The notes: generated by a model from the letters alone, not told the origin. Shown: positions 22,920-36,275, counted from the stretch's first letter. The stretch: DNA of 64,000 nt from Rebecca billardiae RCC1528 (GCA_965240325.2 OZ251253.1:372001-436000); one strand, 5' to 3'. Translations and numbers: made by a program.

Positions 22920-24624
22920 CTAAGACGGCGGCGCAGCATGGCTGCGAAGAAGCTGGCGTTCGAGCGTGCGCGTGTACTCGAGCTGTGCGCGAGCAGGTGA
23001 TGCCAGCCCGTCTGCGTCTGTGCTACTGCACCAGCAGCCAGGGCGCAGGGCAGTTGCGTGCGGGCCACACAGGCAGGGAGGAAGATGAGGGGTCATCGCC
23101 AAGCACACTGGTAGGCGCAGTTGTGGTAGCGCATGCACAAGAGCGGGCAGCGCGGCGCCGCAGAGCGGCCACGCACCTGGAGCCAGCGCCCGCCACCTCG
23201 GCGCTCAGCACCTGGCGCAGCACGCGCACGCGCGCAGGGTCAGCCACGTGCTCCGCAACGCGCTCGGCCGCCTGCAGCAGCGCGCGCACACCGCGCAGCT
23301 CGGCCTGCAGCCGCTCGACTAAACTCTTGCGCGCATGCAGCTGCATCTTCAGCTCGACGATCGCCTCCACCGCAGCGGCAGCCTCAGGAGTCTCGCCGTC
23401 GTGCGTGGGCGGCGCGATGTGAGCGTCATGTGGGTAAGTGTGCTCGGCGCTGGTCACGAGCGTCGCGAGGAGCGGCGGCGGCTCAGCACCGCTCTCACCG
23501 GCAGTGTCGGCCAGCGTGTCCGCGGGAACAGGCTCACCCGCCTCCGCATGCGCACCTCCGGCAGAGCCGACGCCAACGCTGGCAGGCGCATGGTGCTCCG
23601 TGGAGGGCAGCGTGCCGGGCTGCGCAAGTCCGGCAGCTGGCTGCACCGCATCGACAGCAGCGGCTGGGCCTTGCTCCACCGCGCGTGCAGAAGGGCGGCG
23701 GGCAGGCGGCGGCTGCTCGGAGGCGGGCTCCGCTGCTGCTGGTCTCTGCACGGCATTGATGGTGCACCTGCGCTTCACCGGGCAGCGCTCGTTGAGGTCG
23801 CGCTCGTCTGGCGTGGGGAAGTTGAGCCGTTTGATGCCCACCAGGTGACGCTTGCGCACGAGTGCATCGTACGCGCGCGCGGCCTCCTCCGCGGTGGCAT
23901 GTGTGCCGGTGCGTACACGCTTATAGTTGTGAGAGACAGCTCCTTGCCATGGTCGTGGGCCCGCCTGGCTGCTGGAATTACAGGAAATCCCCACAAAGCT
24001 GTGGCTCGAGGCCCGCGAGGCGCGACCTGCCTGCACCTCGAGCTCGCGCTCGTGCGGGGACGGGAAGTTGAGACGCTTCACGCCGACGAGGCCCTTCTCG
24101 CACACGAGCGCGTCATACGCGCGTGCCGCCTCGGCGGCAGTCGCGAACAATCCAGATGCGTGGCATTGGACGCCCTTGTGTGATACTCTTGCGCGCCACC
24201 GCCCCGTCTGTGCATGGTAGTGCACGCCAACGAAACCAGAACGCGACACGTCGCCCATGCCGGTGGGCTGCCCGCGCTCGTCCCCACCTCCAACCACCGT
24301 CTCCGCGGCATCACCCTCGCCCTCCGTCTCCTGGTTGTAGGGCTTGGCCGCATCTCGCGGCCAAGCGTCGGTCGAGCCAGACGCCACCAGCTGGGCAGCC
24401 TGTGCGGCGAGCAGCGCGTGCACCGCGCTGGCGCCTTTGGTCCGGCCGCCACGCGACTCGAGCACCATCGAGTGCTTGGCCTTCTTGTTCGCGCCTTCAG
24501 CCTCGCGCTCGCTTGGCGCTGGCAGGTCCGTGGCGTCGTCAGCGCGAGCGTCGGCGTTGGAGCCGCCGAGACCGAGCTCGCGTGAAGCCGACGGAACCGA
24601 CGCCGGTGGCATGCAACTCGCCAT
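22920..24624 (-). CDS. Double-AP2 domain DNA-binding protein, copy 6
   Basis: Open frame with two AP2 domains and the conserved tail. Terminal exon SSTDADGLAS..LEYTRTLERQLLRSHAAPPS*. Confidence 0.8.
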
Positions 24625-24907
24625 CGTTCAATCCGCCGAGCATTTGCGCATGCGGGCATGCGCAGCGGGAGTCCGGCGCGAATCACCGCAACTAACTACG
24701 AGTCCGTGGCGCCGTGCGGGTGCTGCTGGTAAGTCTCTGCTGCTGAGTCTGGTGATAACTGGCACAACCGGCCTACCGGGCCCGGCAGCACCAACGGCGA
24801 CTTGTACGTAGCGGCTTGGGCGGACGAATGGCGCGCACCGCGACATGACTACTATATCAGCATATATCCCCCACACCATGCGCAGTAGCGCGCACCAGCA
24901 CTCGCCG

Positions 24908-25994
24908 TCACGGCGACTGCTCTAGCCCCGCGCCCCTGGGCGGCGGCGGCTCGCCGCGCGCCCTCGCGCGCTCCGCCTCGAGCGCCCAGAGCGCGCCCGG
25001 CGTGGCGCGCGCGAGCTGCTCCGCGCAGCGGCGCCAGCCCGCCCAGTCGGGGCGCCAGAGCTCGGGCGCGTCTCGGAAGGAGATCGCGTGGTCGCGCATG
25101 CACTTGGACTTGATCACGGTGAGGCGCAGGCTCTCCGCGAACGCGGCGCGCAGCTGGCGGAGCAGCGCGAGTGCCTCGAGCGGCCCGTCGTGCCCAGAGA
25201 GCCCGCCGACGTCGACCAGCACGATCGAAAATGCATGGCCGAGGCCGATGAGCGCGCGCACGTCCCAGCCGTCGGCCACCTCGAGGCGGAGGCCGGCGGG
25301 CGAGCGCTTGCGCGCGTGCTCGATCACCGAGCGCCCGACGTCCACGCCCACCACCGCGCCCCGCCCGCCCATCCCCGCGAGAGCGCCGTGCACCAGCCGC
25401 GCGGTCACACCCGAGTGGCAGCCGATCTCGAGCACGAGATCGTCCGGACTCAGCGCGGCCAGGACGGCCTGCCGGTACTCGAGCACGCCCATCGCGCAGA
25501 CGGTCACGTGCCGCGGCGGCGCGGCGGACGGCGGGCTCGGCGCCGGCCCGCCGCCGCCGCCGCCCTCGCCCCCGCCCGCACGCGCCGCGCCGCGCGGCCG
25601 CGGCGGCGGCCTCGGCGGCGGCGCCGCCCGCAGCGTCGCTAGTTCGTCTCGCCATCGGATGGCATCGACTGTGTGCGAGGCGTGCGTGGCGAGGAGGCGC
25701 GACTTGAGGACGAGCGCGCGGCACGAGCCGGCGTAGATCCCCACGAGTTGGCGCACCAGCGCCAGCCCGTCGCTCAGCAGGTCGTTCCCCACCAGCACCG
25801 GAATATCCAAAAAGATTAATTCGAATTCGTCGCCGGCATCCAGCCACGCGCGCGCGGAGCACGCGTCCGTGCAGACAAAGTCGAGGCGCGTGGTGCCGAG
25901 CTCGTCGGCGCGCGCCGCGGCGCAGCCCGAGCGGATCGTGTCGCCACCCTTCCGCGCGATGTCCAGCACGACAACGCGCGGCGCGCGCGCGCAC

Positions 25995-26030
<36 letters not shown>

Positions 26031-26416
26031 GCGCCGAGCTGCTCCGCGCGCGCGCCGGACGGCGCCGTCGCCTCGACGAGCGCCTGCAGCACCTCGTCGA
26101 CGGTGCTGCCGACGACGAGGACGCGGTCCGATGGTCTCGCCAGCGAGCTCACGCAGCGCACCTGCTCCGCCGCCGTGCTCGCGCACAGCACGCGCACGCG
26201 CGGCGGCGCGCGGCCGCGCGAGCGCGCGCCCGGGCCGCCGCCCTGCTGCGGTCGCGCGTCGGCGTGTGCTGGCGCGGCGGGCGCGGTGGGCGCTGCGCCC
26301 GCGCGGCTCGGCGGCTGGCGCGCGCGTCGTAGGCGGCGCCACGCCACGCCGGCGAGTACGCACGCGCTCACGCCTAACGCGGCGAGCGCGAGCGCGCCGC
26401 CACGTGGTGCGCGCAT
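24908..26416 (-). CDS. Membrane-anchored protein with two tandem SAM-dependent methyltransferase-like domains
   Basis: N-terminal TM. Second domain DDLVLEIGCHSG..AVVGVDVG..ADGWD..VLVDVGGLSG..VIKSK. The first domain is a degenerate copy (DRVLVVGS..VVVLDI..TDACS..IFLDI..LVLKSR). Confidence 0.7.
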
Positions 26417-26654
26417 GGCTTTGCTGCGCCCCGCGTCAAAAGTCGGAGCTGCGGCCGTCCGGCTCACTCCGGCTGCCCAGCAGGCATTCCGGGAGCCGGC
26501 TTGAGGAACGAAGGGCGGAACGGCGGCGAGCGATCTGCGATGGCGGCCGTCAGCGGCCGCGGCGGCCCAACAACTTTGAAGCGATCATCAGGCGGCGAAA
26601 GCCGGCTGCTACTGTACAGTCGCGCGGTCGTGCACGCGCGGCCGCGCGGCGCGC

Positions 26655-27929
26655 CTACTTGCGCTTGCCCTTCCCCCCGGCGCTCCCGCCGAGCCTCCGC
26701 CCGTGCGTCACGAATTGATCGAGCGTCTTCTTCGCCGCGTGCTTGTGCTTCTTCGCGAGCAGCCGCGGGTGCAGCGGGAGGTACGCGTACGGCTGCTGCC
26801 CGTCCGGGCGGCGCACGTCGCCCTTCGCGCCCTGCGCTCCACGCGCGGGGGCACGCCACGCACGGGCAGCCGGCGCCGTGAGCGAGCGCGCGGCGCGCGC
26901 GTCGCCGCCGGCGCGCGCGGCAAGCGAGGGTGGCGCATGCCACGCACACACGGGCCGGCGGTGGGCATGGGCGCACGTGCGACGCGCGTACCGGCTTCTT
27001 CGGCTTGAACTCGTCGCCCATGTACTCGCCGAACCCGCCGCTCCGCCGGCCGCCGCTCCCAGAGCCGCCGCCGCCGTCGCGGCCGGCCGAGCCTGCGCGC
27101 CGGCCGCCCGCGCCGCCCGGCGCGGCCGCCGCGCCGCGCCGCGCGGCGCCGGCGCTGCCATCGAGCTCGATGCCCGTGAGCTGATGCGCGCCCTCGAGCT
27201 GCGCGGCGGTGAGCGCTGGCGCGGTGGCGAGGTGCAGCGGCTCCGCCTGCGCGCGCGCCACGCGCGGGCGCACGGGCGCGCAGGGTCAGGGCGGCGGCGG
27301 CAGCAGGGTGCGGCGCGGCGGCGCGCGCGCACGGCGCGTGCGCGCGCGCGGCGGCGCGGCGGCGCGCACCGCCTCCTCCGCCGCCATGCGCTGGCGCTTG
27401 CCCATCTTCGCGCCGCCCTTGCGCGGCGCGATGCCCGCGCCGCCGCGCGGCCGCGCGCCGCCACCGCCGCCATCGCCCATCTCAGCATCCGGCACCGCGG
27501 CCGCGTCGGCGCGCTCCGCCGCCTGCGCCGCGCGCCGCGCGGCGAGCGCCGCCGCGCCCACGCGCAGAATGCCGTCCGGACCCATCGCCACCGCGCTCTC
27601 CGCCGCGCCGTCCGCGCCTCCGTCATCGTCGTCGTCCTCGTCGTCGTCGCCGACCACGCCGCCGCTGCGCCGCCGCTTCCGCTCGGCCTCGCCGCCGCGC
27701 GACGGCCGCGCGCCGCGCGCGCCGCGCACCGGGCGCTGCAACAGGTCGGAAGGCGCCGCGCCGGCGCCGCGCCGGTGGGTGTCGCCGTCTCCGCCGTCGT
27801 CGTCGTTGGCGTTGGCCGCGGCGGCGAGCGCGTCGGCGGCGGCGGCGGTGGCGTGGCGGCGGTCGAGGCCGAGCGCGTTCAGCAAGGCATCCTCCTCCGC
27901 GGCCGCGGCGCGCTCCGCCGCCGCGCGCC

Positions 27930-27972
<43 letters not shown>

Positions 27973-29200
27973 CGCGCCGGCGGCCGCGGCGCCGCGCGCG
28001 CCGTCCGCCGCGCCGCCGCGCCGCCGCTCGCCGCCCGCGCCGCCGCCCACCGCCTGCGCGTGCGCGCGCCGCGCGTCTCGCTTGGCCGTGCGCTTGCGCT
28101 CGAGCTTCTCGACCTGGGTAAAATAAAAACAGGAATTCAAAGGCGCAAGACAATAATAAACAGTAAACAAGAAATCAAAAGAAAGAAACACATGGACAGA
28201 GAGGGCGCGAGGGGACGTGCGAGAGGGGGCATCAGCGCGAGCGCTGCTTCCGACACACGCAGCCCAGCCGCATGCGCGCGGCGGCGCGCGTGCTGCGCGC
28301 TCGGCGGCGCGCGCGCGCGTGCGCGCGGCCGGCGCGGCCGGCGCGGCCGGCGCGGCGCACTCACCTCGCGCCTGACGTGGCTGACTAGGGCTGCGTGCGC
28401 GCTGGGCGTGCACGCCGCGACGTCGTCGAAGCCGCAGCGCCGGCCGAGCCGCTCGATCAGCACGCGCGCCGCGTGCAGGTGCGGGCTCGCGCCGCCCGCG
28501 GCGGTGACGGAGCTGTCGAGCACGGCGCACAGTCCGGGCAAAATGTCCGGGAGCCGCGCGCCGACGCGCGCCGGAGGCAAGACGACGATGCCGACGCGCA
28601 GCGCGACGAGCGCCGCCCGGACCACCTCCGACGCCGCGTGCTGCGTCAGCAGCAGCGGCGAGCTGTGCGGTGGCGGGCGGCGCGCGGGGCGGGGGCGCGG
28701 GTGGGACGCTGAGCGGCGGCGCGGCGGCGGCGGCGGTCGGGCGCTGCAGGGCGCGCGCGCCGCACGGCCGCGGCCTCGCGCGCGCTGCGGCCCGAGCGCT
28801 CTGCGCGCCCTGCAGCGCCCCCGCCCCTTAGGAGGTGCCCCTTGGGAGAATGCCCGTTAGGGGTAGGAGATAGGAGCTACCCCTTAGGGCGAGGGTTGGG
28901 GGTCGGGGTAGGGGCTGGGCCGTGCAGCGCACGCACGCACGCAGACACACGTGCACACACGCGCGCACACACACACACACGCACACGCACACACGCACAC
29001 ACACACACGCGCACACACGCGCACACACACTCACACACGCACACCTGAGGAGGAGGGACTCGAGCTGCTCCGGTGGGATCTCCGCCGGCAGCTCGCGGCG
29101 CAGCGCGAGGCCGACGCGCGCCGTGCAGTGCAGCGTCGCCGCCACCATGTGCGGCGACTGCCCGGCCAGCCCGGCCGCGAGCGCGCCGAGCGCGCGCGCC

Positions 29201-29258
<58 letters not shown>

Positions 29259-31892
29259 TGCGGCCCGCGTGGCGCGCGCCGTCAACAAGGCGAAGGACGC
29301 CGTCGTACGCGACGGCGCGCGTCTTGAGGTTGGGCTCCTTCGTCGCGAGCACGAGCTCCGAGAGCAGCGCCGGGTCCAGCACCGCGCCGGCCGCGCCCCC
29401 GCCGCCCGCCGACGCCGGCGCCGCGCCGGCGGCGCAGCAGCCGAGCGCGGCCGCGCGCGCCAGCGTCGCAAGGCGCACGTGTCGCGCGGCGGCGGCGCAG
29501 TCCGCGCCCGCCTCGAGCAGCGCGGCGTGGAGCTCGGCGGCGTGCGCGCGGGAGAAGGCCGGGCCGTGCGCGAGCAGCAGCGAGAGCGTCGCGCGGTACG
29601 CCTGCGCGCGGTACCGCCGGGGTTAGGGTTAGGGTTAGGGTTAGGGCGGGCTAGGGCTAGGGTGGCGAGGGCGGCGGCGCGCGCACCGCGCCCCGCCGCT
29701 GCAGACAGCGCGGCGGCGCGCGCGCGCGCGCGCGAGCTCGCGCGCTTGCAGCCCCCAAAACACGCGCGCGCGCGCGCCCGGCCCACGCGCGCACCTTCTT
29801 CTGCACGACCGGCGCCGAGTGCAGCCGAAGCAGCGGGCGCGCCACGCGCCACAGCAGCGCCACCGACGGCTCGTCCAATGAGGGCGCGAGCGAGATTGCA
29901 ATCTCGAGGAGCTCCGCCTGCCGCCGCGCGGTGGGCGGCGTGGGCTTCGGGCCCGCCTCCGGCTCGCCCTCGCCCCCGCCCACCAGCTTCGTCAGCACCG
30001 CCCGGAAGAACGCGCCGAGCGTGCCCGCCGCCGCCGTGCCGGCGAGCGCGCCAATGGCGGCCTCGATCGAAGCGCGGCCGGACGGCGGCGTGACCGCGTG
30101 GACGTTAAATAAAACGGGTAGGAATTTGGGCGCGAAGGCGCCGAGCGCGTCGAGCGCGGCCTGCGCCGCGTCCGCGCGCGCGAGCAGCCCGCCGAACGCG
30201 CCAGACGCGCCCGCGCCGCCGCCGCCTGCCGCCGCCGCGCCCGCCGCCGCGCTCGGCGCCGCCGCCGCCTGCGCGCGCAGCGCGCTAAGGCCGCGCGTGC
30301 GCGCGCGGTTCGCGTCTACGTATGCGCGCAGCGCGGCGCAGACGGCGGGGCGGAGCTCGGTGTGGTTGTTCACCGCCTCGCCCAGCCGGCGCGCCAGCAG
30401 CGGCATCGCGTACGCCCCGTCCTCCGCCGCCGCCGCCACCGGCGGCAGCAACGCCCACACCTGACACCACAGCAGCGCGCGCGTCTTGGCCTGAACGCCC
30501 GCGCCCGCGCCATCGGCGGCGCGCGCCGACGCGAGCAGCGCGTCGGCAAACGGGAGCAGCGTGGAGGCGAAGAAGCCGAGCTCTGCGCGCGCACGTCGGC
30601 GGGAGGGCACGCCGCGCACGCGCGGGGGCGGCCGGGGCGAGCGCGGTTGGCTGGGCGCGCGGCGGCGCGGCGGCGGCGCGCGCGGCGGCGCGGCGCGGCG
30701 GCGCGGCGCGGCGGCGCGGCGCGGCGGCGCGGCGCGCACCGGCGGATCGGCGGATGTGCCGCGCGAGCAGCGGCAGCAGGTACGTGCTGTCCTCGCGGCC
30801 GCCCTCGCGCGCCGCCGCGGCCGCCGCGCCGCCGCCCTGCGTGCCGACGCCCGACTCGGCGTGGTACAGCGGCGAAATTTCCAGAAAGTTCCGAAGGCCG
30901 ACGCACTCGGCCGCGGCGCCGAGCGCGCGCAGGACAGCGGCGAGCCCGGCGCCCTCGGCGTTGTCCTCCTCCTCCGCCTCGTCGGCCTCGCGCGCCGAGC
31001 GCTCCGCCGCCGCCGCGAGCGCCGCCTCGCCGCCCTCCGCGCGCGCCCGCCGCTTGCGCGCCGCGCGCTTGGCCGCGAGCGCGCGCGCGCGCTCGTGCGC
31101 GCCCGCGATCGCTCCGCGCACCGCCGCCAGCCGTCGAATGAGCGCGGCGAGGGCGGCGCGGAGGTGGGCACTGTGCGGCCGGCCGGGGAGCAGCTCGGCG
31201 CCCCCCGCCGCGCCGCCCGCCGCCGCCGGGATCGGCGGCCGGTGCGGCGGCAGGTTGAGGCAGAGCGCCGTAACGGCCGCCAGTAACGGCTTCCGCGCGT
31301 CGACGTGACGGTCGTCCAGGCCGTTACGGAAGGCGTCGGCGAGCGCGCACGCGGCGCCGTCGTCGGGCGGGGGGAGCGGCGCGCCGCCCGCCGCGTGCAC
31401 CGCCTCGACGTACCGCGCGCCGCCGCCGTCGCCGCCGCCGCCGCCGAGCGCGCGCGCCACGTCCACCGCCAGGCCGCGCAGTGCGGCCTCGGCCGCGGCG
31501 CGTACCAGCTCATCAAAGTGGCCCATGCGCGCAAGCAGCAAGCGCACGCACGCGCGCACCGCCTCGGCGGCGTCGTCGCGCGAGGCGGACGCGGCGGCGA
31601 GCGAGGCGCTGCTCCCCGCGCGCGCCGCCGCCGACGCCTCGCTCGCGTGCAGCTGCCGCGCCACCGCCGTCGCCGCCGCGGCGCACACGCGCACGCACGC
31701 CACAAGTGCCGCGCGCGGCGTGTCAGCACTGTCAGCTGGCACGGCGGCAAACGCGCGGAAGACGACGAGGGCCGCGCGCGGCGGGAGCAGCCGCGTGCCC
31801 GCCGCGCCACCCAGGCCGCGAGCACCGCCACTGCCATCCTCTTCCTCGTCGTCATCCCCGCCGCCGCCACTACGGCCGCCGCCGCCACTACG

Positions 31893-31973
<81 letters not shown>

Positions 31974-32879
31974 GCCGCCAAGCGACGGCAGCAGCGCGTC
32001 GGCGGCGATCTGCGTGAGGAGCGGCTGGCCGAGCGCAGGCAGCCGCGCCACCGCCGCCGCCACGCCCGCGCCCTGCGCCGGCGGCAGCGCGGGCAGCACC
32101 CCCGCGCACGCGTTCAGAGCCCAGCACAGCCGCTGCAGCTCGCCCGTGCCCGCAGCGGGCGCGACGCCCGCCGCCGCCGCGCCGCCGATCGTCTTCTCGA
32201 GCCACTTGGCGGTGGGCGCGGCGAAGGGCGCGGGCGCGCCGCCGGCGTCTGCGCCGGCATCGGCGCCGCCCTGCTGCTGCGCCGCCCCCGCCGCGCGTCC
32301 CAGTCCGGGCGGCGAGCCCCGGACCAGTCCGGTGCTCGCGTGCTGCGCCTTTGCGCGCACCTTGGCGTTCGGGTGCAACGCGAGGGAGAGGAGCCAGCGG
32401 TGGAGGCGCCCCGCGTCGGAGCCCGGCTTGGAGAGCCCGGCGCCGCCACTCTCGCGCAGCACCGCCGCCGCGCACGCCACGCACGGCTTGAGCACGCGCG
32501 GCGAGTCGGCGTGCGCGGTGGCGGCGGCGGCGACGAGCGCGGTGAGCCGCGGCGCGCGCGAGCGCAGCACAGCGGGGCTGACGCCTTTGCACGCGACGTG
32601 GAGCACGGCGAGCTGCGCGCCGCACTGCGCCGCCGCCTCCTCCTCCCCCTCCTCCCCCCCGTCCTCCTCCATCGCCTCGTCGTCGCGCGCGGCGGCGCGC
32701 GCGGCCGCCGCGCCGCCCGCCCCCAGGGTCGACTCGAGCGCAGTCACCAGTGTGCCCATGACGGCGAGGGGCGAGGGCTCGATGCCCTGCGCGAGGATGA
32801 CCTCGCGCATGGCGGCGAGCACCGCGTTCTCCTCCCGGAACTTCTTCGGGTGCGCCGTCAGCTCGCCGAAGCACTCCAT
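26655..32879 (-). CDS. RRP12: Ribosomal RNA-processing protein 12 (HEAT/NUC173), multi-exon
   Basis: N-terminal AVLAAMREVI..QG, HPNAKVRAKAQ, YLLPLL, LWCQVWALLP, FAPKFLPVLFNV, VQKK|AYR, ELVLATKEPNLKTR, GLAGQSPHM and C-terminal AKGDVRR..QQPYAYLPL. Confidence 0.92.
28933..29045. repeat. Imperfect (CA/CG)n microsatellite in RRP12 intron
   Basis: Directly visible. Confidence 0.85.
29621..29662 (+). repeat. Intronic telomere-type repeat (TTAGGG)4 plus degenerate CTAGGG copies
   Basis: ggTTAGGGTTAGGGTTAGGGTTAGGGcgggCTAGGGCTAGGG inside the RRP12 intron. Confidence 0.9.
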
Positions 32880-33067
32880 CGCGCGCGCGCGGGTCGCGGC
32901 GTCGAGCGGCCGGGCGCGTGCTCAAGCACGTGCCGGTGGTGAGCAGTGGCCGCACCTTTGCACCAGCAGCCCTGGGCTCTGAGCGCACTCGCCCGGACTT
33001 GCCAACGCCTCGTCCGGACGGCGCCCACCCGCTCCAGCCGAAGCGTGGGCGTAAGTCGGCGCTCGCG

Positions 33068-34181
33068 ATGGCGCCCAAGGAGGCCCCGCTCGAGTGGGCG
33101 CCGTTCGTCCCGGCGGAGACGGCGGTGCTGCGCCGATGCCGCGCGGAGCTCGGCGAGGATCTGCTCGGGCTACCCGATGATCTCGTCACCATGCTCGTCC
33201 GAGGTGCGCCGCGCGCCGCCGCGCACCACCACCCCTGCGCCGCGCGGCCGCGCGCGCGAGCGCCGACCGCGCGCCTCGCGCGCCGCCGCCGCACGGCGCG
33301 CGCAGGGTACATGACGGAGAAGGACCCGGTGGCGAAGAGCATAGAGCACATGCGCGAGACCGCCGAGTGGCGCGCCTCCCACGCCATCGACAAGGCGCTC
33401 CTCCCGCACAACGTGCCCGCCGAGCGCGAGGCATTCGAGACGATGTGGCGCTCAGCCATCATCGGCGAGGACGGCGACGGCCACCAGGTGCTGTACGAGA
33501 GCGTGGGGAAGGTGCCGCCGCGCGAGTTCGGCGCCAAGTTCGCCGGCGACCCCGCCAAGGAGGAGCTCTTCCTCGCGCACTGCGCGTACAACAAGGAGCT
33601 GCTGCGGCAGCGCAACGTGCAGCGCTCGGCACAGTTGACGAAACGGCTGTATAAGATGCTCGTCGTCCTCGACCTGCAGGGGCTGGGCGCGGCGCACCTC
33701 TCGTCGCAGTTCATGACGCTGCTCAAGACGTACATCTCGCGCTTCTCCAACATCTACCCCGAGTCGTTGTACAAGCTGTACATCATCCACGCCCCGTGGC
33801 TCTTCTCTGGTACCTACACGATGATCTCGCCGCTCATCCACCCGGTCACGCGGGCCAAGATCCACGTCTTGACCAACCCCAAGTACGCGATGGAGGACTT
33901 CGGGAAGATGGGCGTGAAGCTGAGCTACTCGCTCGAGGAGGTGCGTGGCGCCGCCGCCCCTCCCGTCCGCGCGCGGGGTGTGCGTGTGCGCGTGCGTGTG
34001 CGTGTGCCGTGTGCGTGCGCGCCGCCAGCCGCGCCGGCCGCCGACCATCCGCCACCGACCGCCGACCGCGCGCGCGCAGGCGTACGCAAAAGCGCCGCCG
34101 CTGCGCTCGCTGGCCGCCGAGTTGGAGCCGCTGCCGCCGCCATTCAACCCGCCGGGCGAGGACCGCGCACGAGCCAAGTAG
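33068..34181 (+). CDS. Sec14/CRAL-TRIO lipid-binding protein (introns 33204-33305, 33941-34079)
   Basis: EWR, GEDGDGHQVLY, LVVLDLQGLG, YPESLYKLYIIHAPWLF..ISPLIHPVTRAKIHVL. Confidence 0.92.
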
Positions 34182-34715
34182 GTCTGTGCCGCACCTGGCG
34201 GCGGGGGCACCGGGGGGCGCGTTGCTCAGGCTGCCGGCGCTGTCGGCGCCCGCCCCACCTAGTACCTACCTACTCACCTACTGGCTGAGCACTGGCTGCG
34301 TGCCCTCTGCACGCGCCCGCAGCACGTCGCGCGGCCAACTCCAGACACACTCGTGCGGCGGCCCGTGGGCGCTGGGCTGAGTAGGCTGGGTGGCGTGCCG
34401 CAGGCAGCGGTGCGGTGAGCGGGCTGCTTGCTGCCGACCGGGCGAGTGCGACTGTGAGCGACGAGCTGGTGAGCAGCAGTGAGCTGCGCACCCGGCGTTG
34501 GCCGCGCACGGACAGTCGTGCAATAGCTGCGTCTCAAAAAGATGAGCGCGCGGTTCCGCCATGGCTGCGGTCTTTTATTTTACCGCGCGTAGCGCGCCGG
34601 CGCCGCGCACACGTCCGCACAGCCAGCGGCCACCGCGGCTGCCATCAACGCCACACGGCCCTCCAAGCGTGTGGCCGCCCGGGCGGACGACGCCAGCGGG
34701 CACCGCGCGCGGGCG

Positions 34716-36275
34716 ATGGCGACGCACCAGCAAGTGCTCGACGTGCCGCCCGAGCCGTCCGCCGGCGCCGGCGGCGGGGCGGCGCCCCCCGCCGAGCCGG
34801 AGAAGGGCTGGTCCTCCGGCGTCTTCGCCTGCGCCTCGGACGCGGACGCGTGCTGCCTGGCCTTTTGGTGTCCGTGCATCCAGTTTGGGCAGAACCAGGA
34901 GCGCGCGTTCCGCTCGCAGCACCGCGCGTGCTGCAAGTGGACGTGGGCGTGGTGCGCGCCCTTCCTCGCGTGCTACATCTTCCTCACCTTCGCCAAAGTG
35001 CTCGTCTCGCACCAAGTGCGCCGCGCCGAGCGCGCGCGCCGAGCGCGAGCGCACACCCGTCCGGCCGCGCCGCGCGACATCGCGTGCGCGCGCGGTGTGC
35101 GCGGGGCTCCCCGGCAGCGTGCGCGCTCACGCGCCGCGCTCCCCGCGCACGTGCCCCAGGTGTGCGGCGTGCTCGAGTGCCCCGAGGCCGTCGAGCGCGC
35201 CCTCGTCCACGAGCGCCACCACCGCGCGTTGCTGGACGCCGCGGCCGACGCGGAGGCGGAGGCGGGCGCGGCGTCGCCCCTGCGCGCGCTGCTGCGCGGC
35301 GCGGGCGACGAGGGTGGGGCGTGGGGCGTGCGCGTGCCCGAGCCGCCGTGGGGCCCCCGCGCTCTCAAGGAGCTGCCCGAGGGCAGCAGCACCACGGCCA
35401 CCAACAGCAGCAGCGGCGCAACCGACCCGCCGCCGCCCGAGCCCGCCGCCGGGCCTTATGCCTCACTCAGCACGCAGCAGCTGCTCGACCTGTGCAAGGA
35501 GGAGTGCGAGCTGCGAGCGCCGGTGCGCGCGGCGCAGCGCGGCGCGCGCGCGTGAGCCCGCGCGCGGGGTGGCTGCGGCTGGGCGGCCGCCGGGTTAGCG
35601 GCGCGTCCCCGGCGCCCGCGGGGCGGCGTGGGCACGCGGTCCACCCGCGCTGCACTGAACAACCCTAACCCTAACCCTCACCGCGCCCCGCACGGACCCG
35701 CCGCGTGTGCCGCCCCGGCCGTGCTCCTCCCTGGCTGGATGCACCCCGCCCTGCCCACGACGCTGCGTGTGCTGCATGTGCGCAACATACGCGTGACGCA
35801 CCCTGCGCGCGTGCTACTTTTTTCCCCTTTCGTCGTTTTTTTTTGGGGGGGGTGAATTCGCCAGGGCTGGTACGGCCTCTTCGCGCTCGTCGGCTGGTGC
35901 GCCTCGCTCACAGCCGTCGCCTCGCTCGCCGGCCGGCGGCGCTCGATGCTGCGGCAGCAGTACCGGATCAAGGGCAGCCTCGACACCGACATGATGTGCC
36001 ACTGCTGCTGCGGCTGCTGCGCGCTCGCCCAGGAGGCGCGACAGATCGCGGACGAGGAGCTCACCGCAGGCGCAGGCGCGGGCGGCGCGCACGCGGCCGC
36101 GCCGCTGCACGCCGCCGTCCTCGCCCAGGGCTCCGCGCCGTACGCCGGCGGCGGTTACGCCGGCGGTTACGCGGCCGAGGGCATGGCGCCGTCGTGCGCC
36201 GGCGGCGCCACGGCGTCGGCCAACGGGCTCGCGCAGCCGCTGGCCCAGCCAGTGTACGGCGGTCGCGTCGAGTAG
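34716..36275 (+). CDS. PLAC8 (Cys-rich) family protein with an internal insertion (introns 35016-35159, 35523-35864)
   Basis: WSSGVFAC..CCLAFWCPCIQFGQN and R..LRQQYRIKGS..D..CHCCCGCCALAQEAR. Confidence 0.88.
35661..35680 (+). repeat. Short intronic (CCCTAA)n telomere-type repeat
   Basis: aaCCCTAACCCTAACCCTCA in PLAC8 intron 2. Confidence 0.7.

Noticed and set aside
10138-24624. AP2 copies as HNH-AP2 homing endonucleases or individual transposons
   Set aside because: No HNH, integrase or transposase motifs, TIRs or TSDs seen around the copies. They share a spliceosomal intron and look like tandem duplicates.
29621-29662. Chromosome end or mis-join at TTAGGG tracts
   Set aside because: The tracts are short and lie within introns whose flanking exons continue the same protein in frame.
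31859-31980. (GCC)n tract as a separate element
   Set aside because: In-frame poly-Gly linker within RRP12. Similar tracts occur in several genes here.
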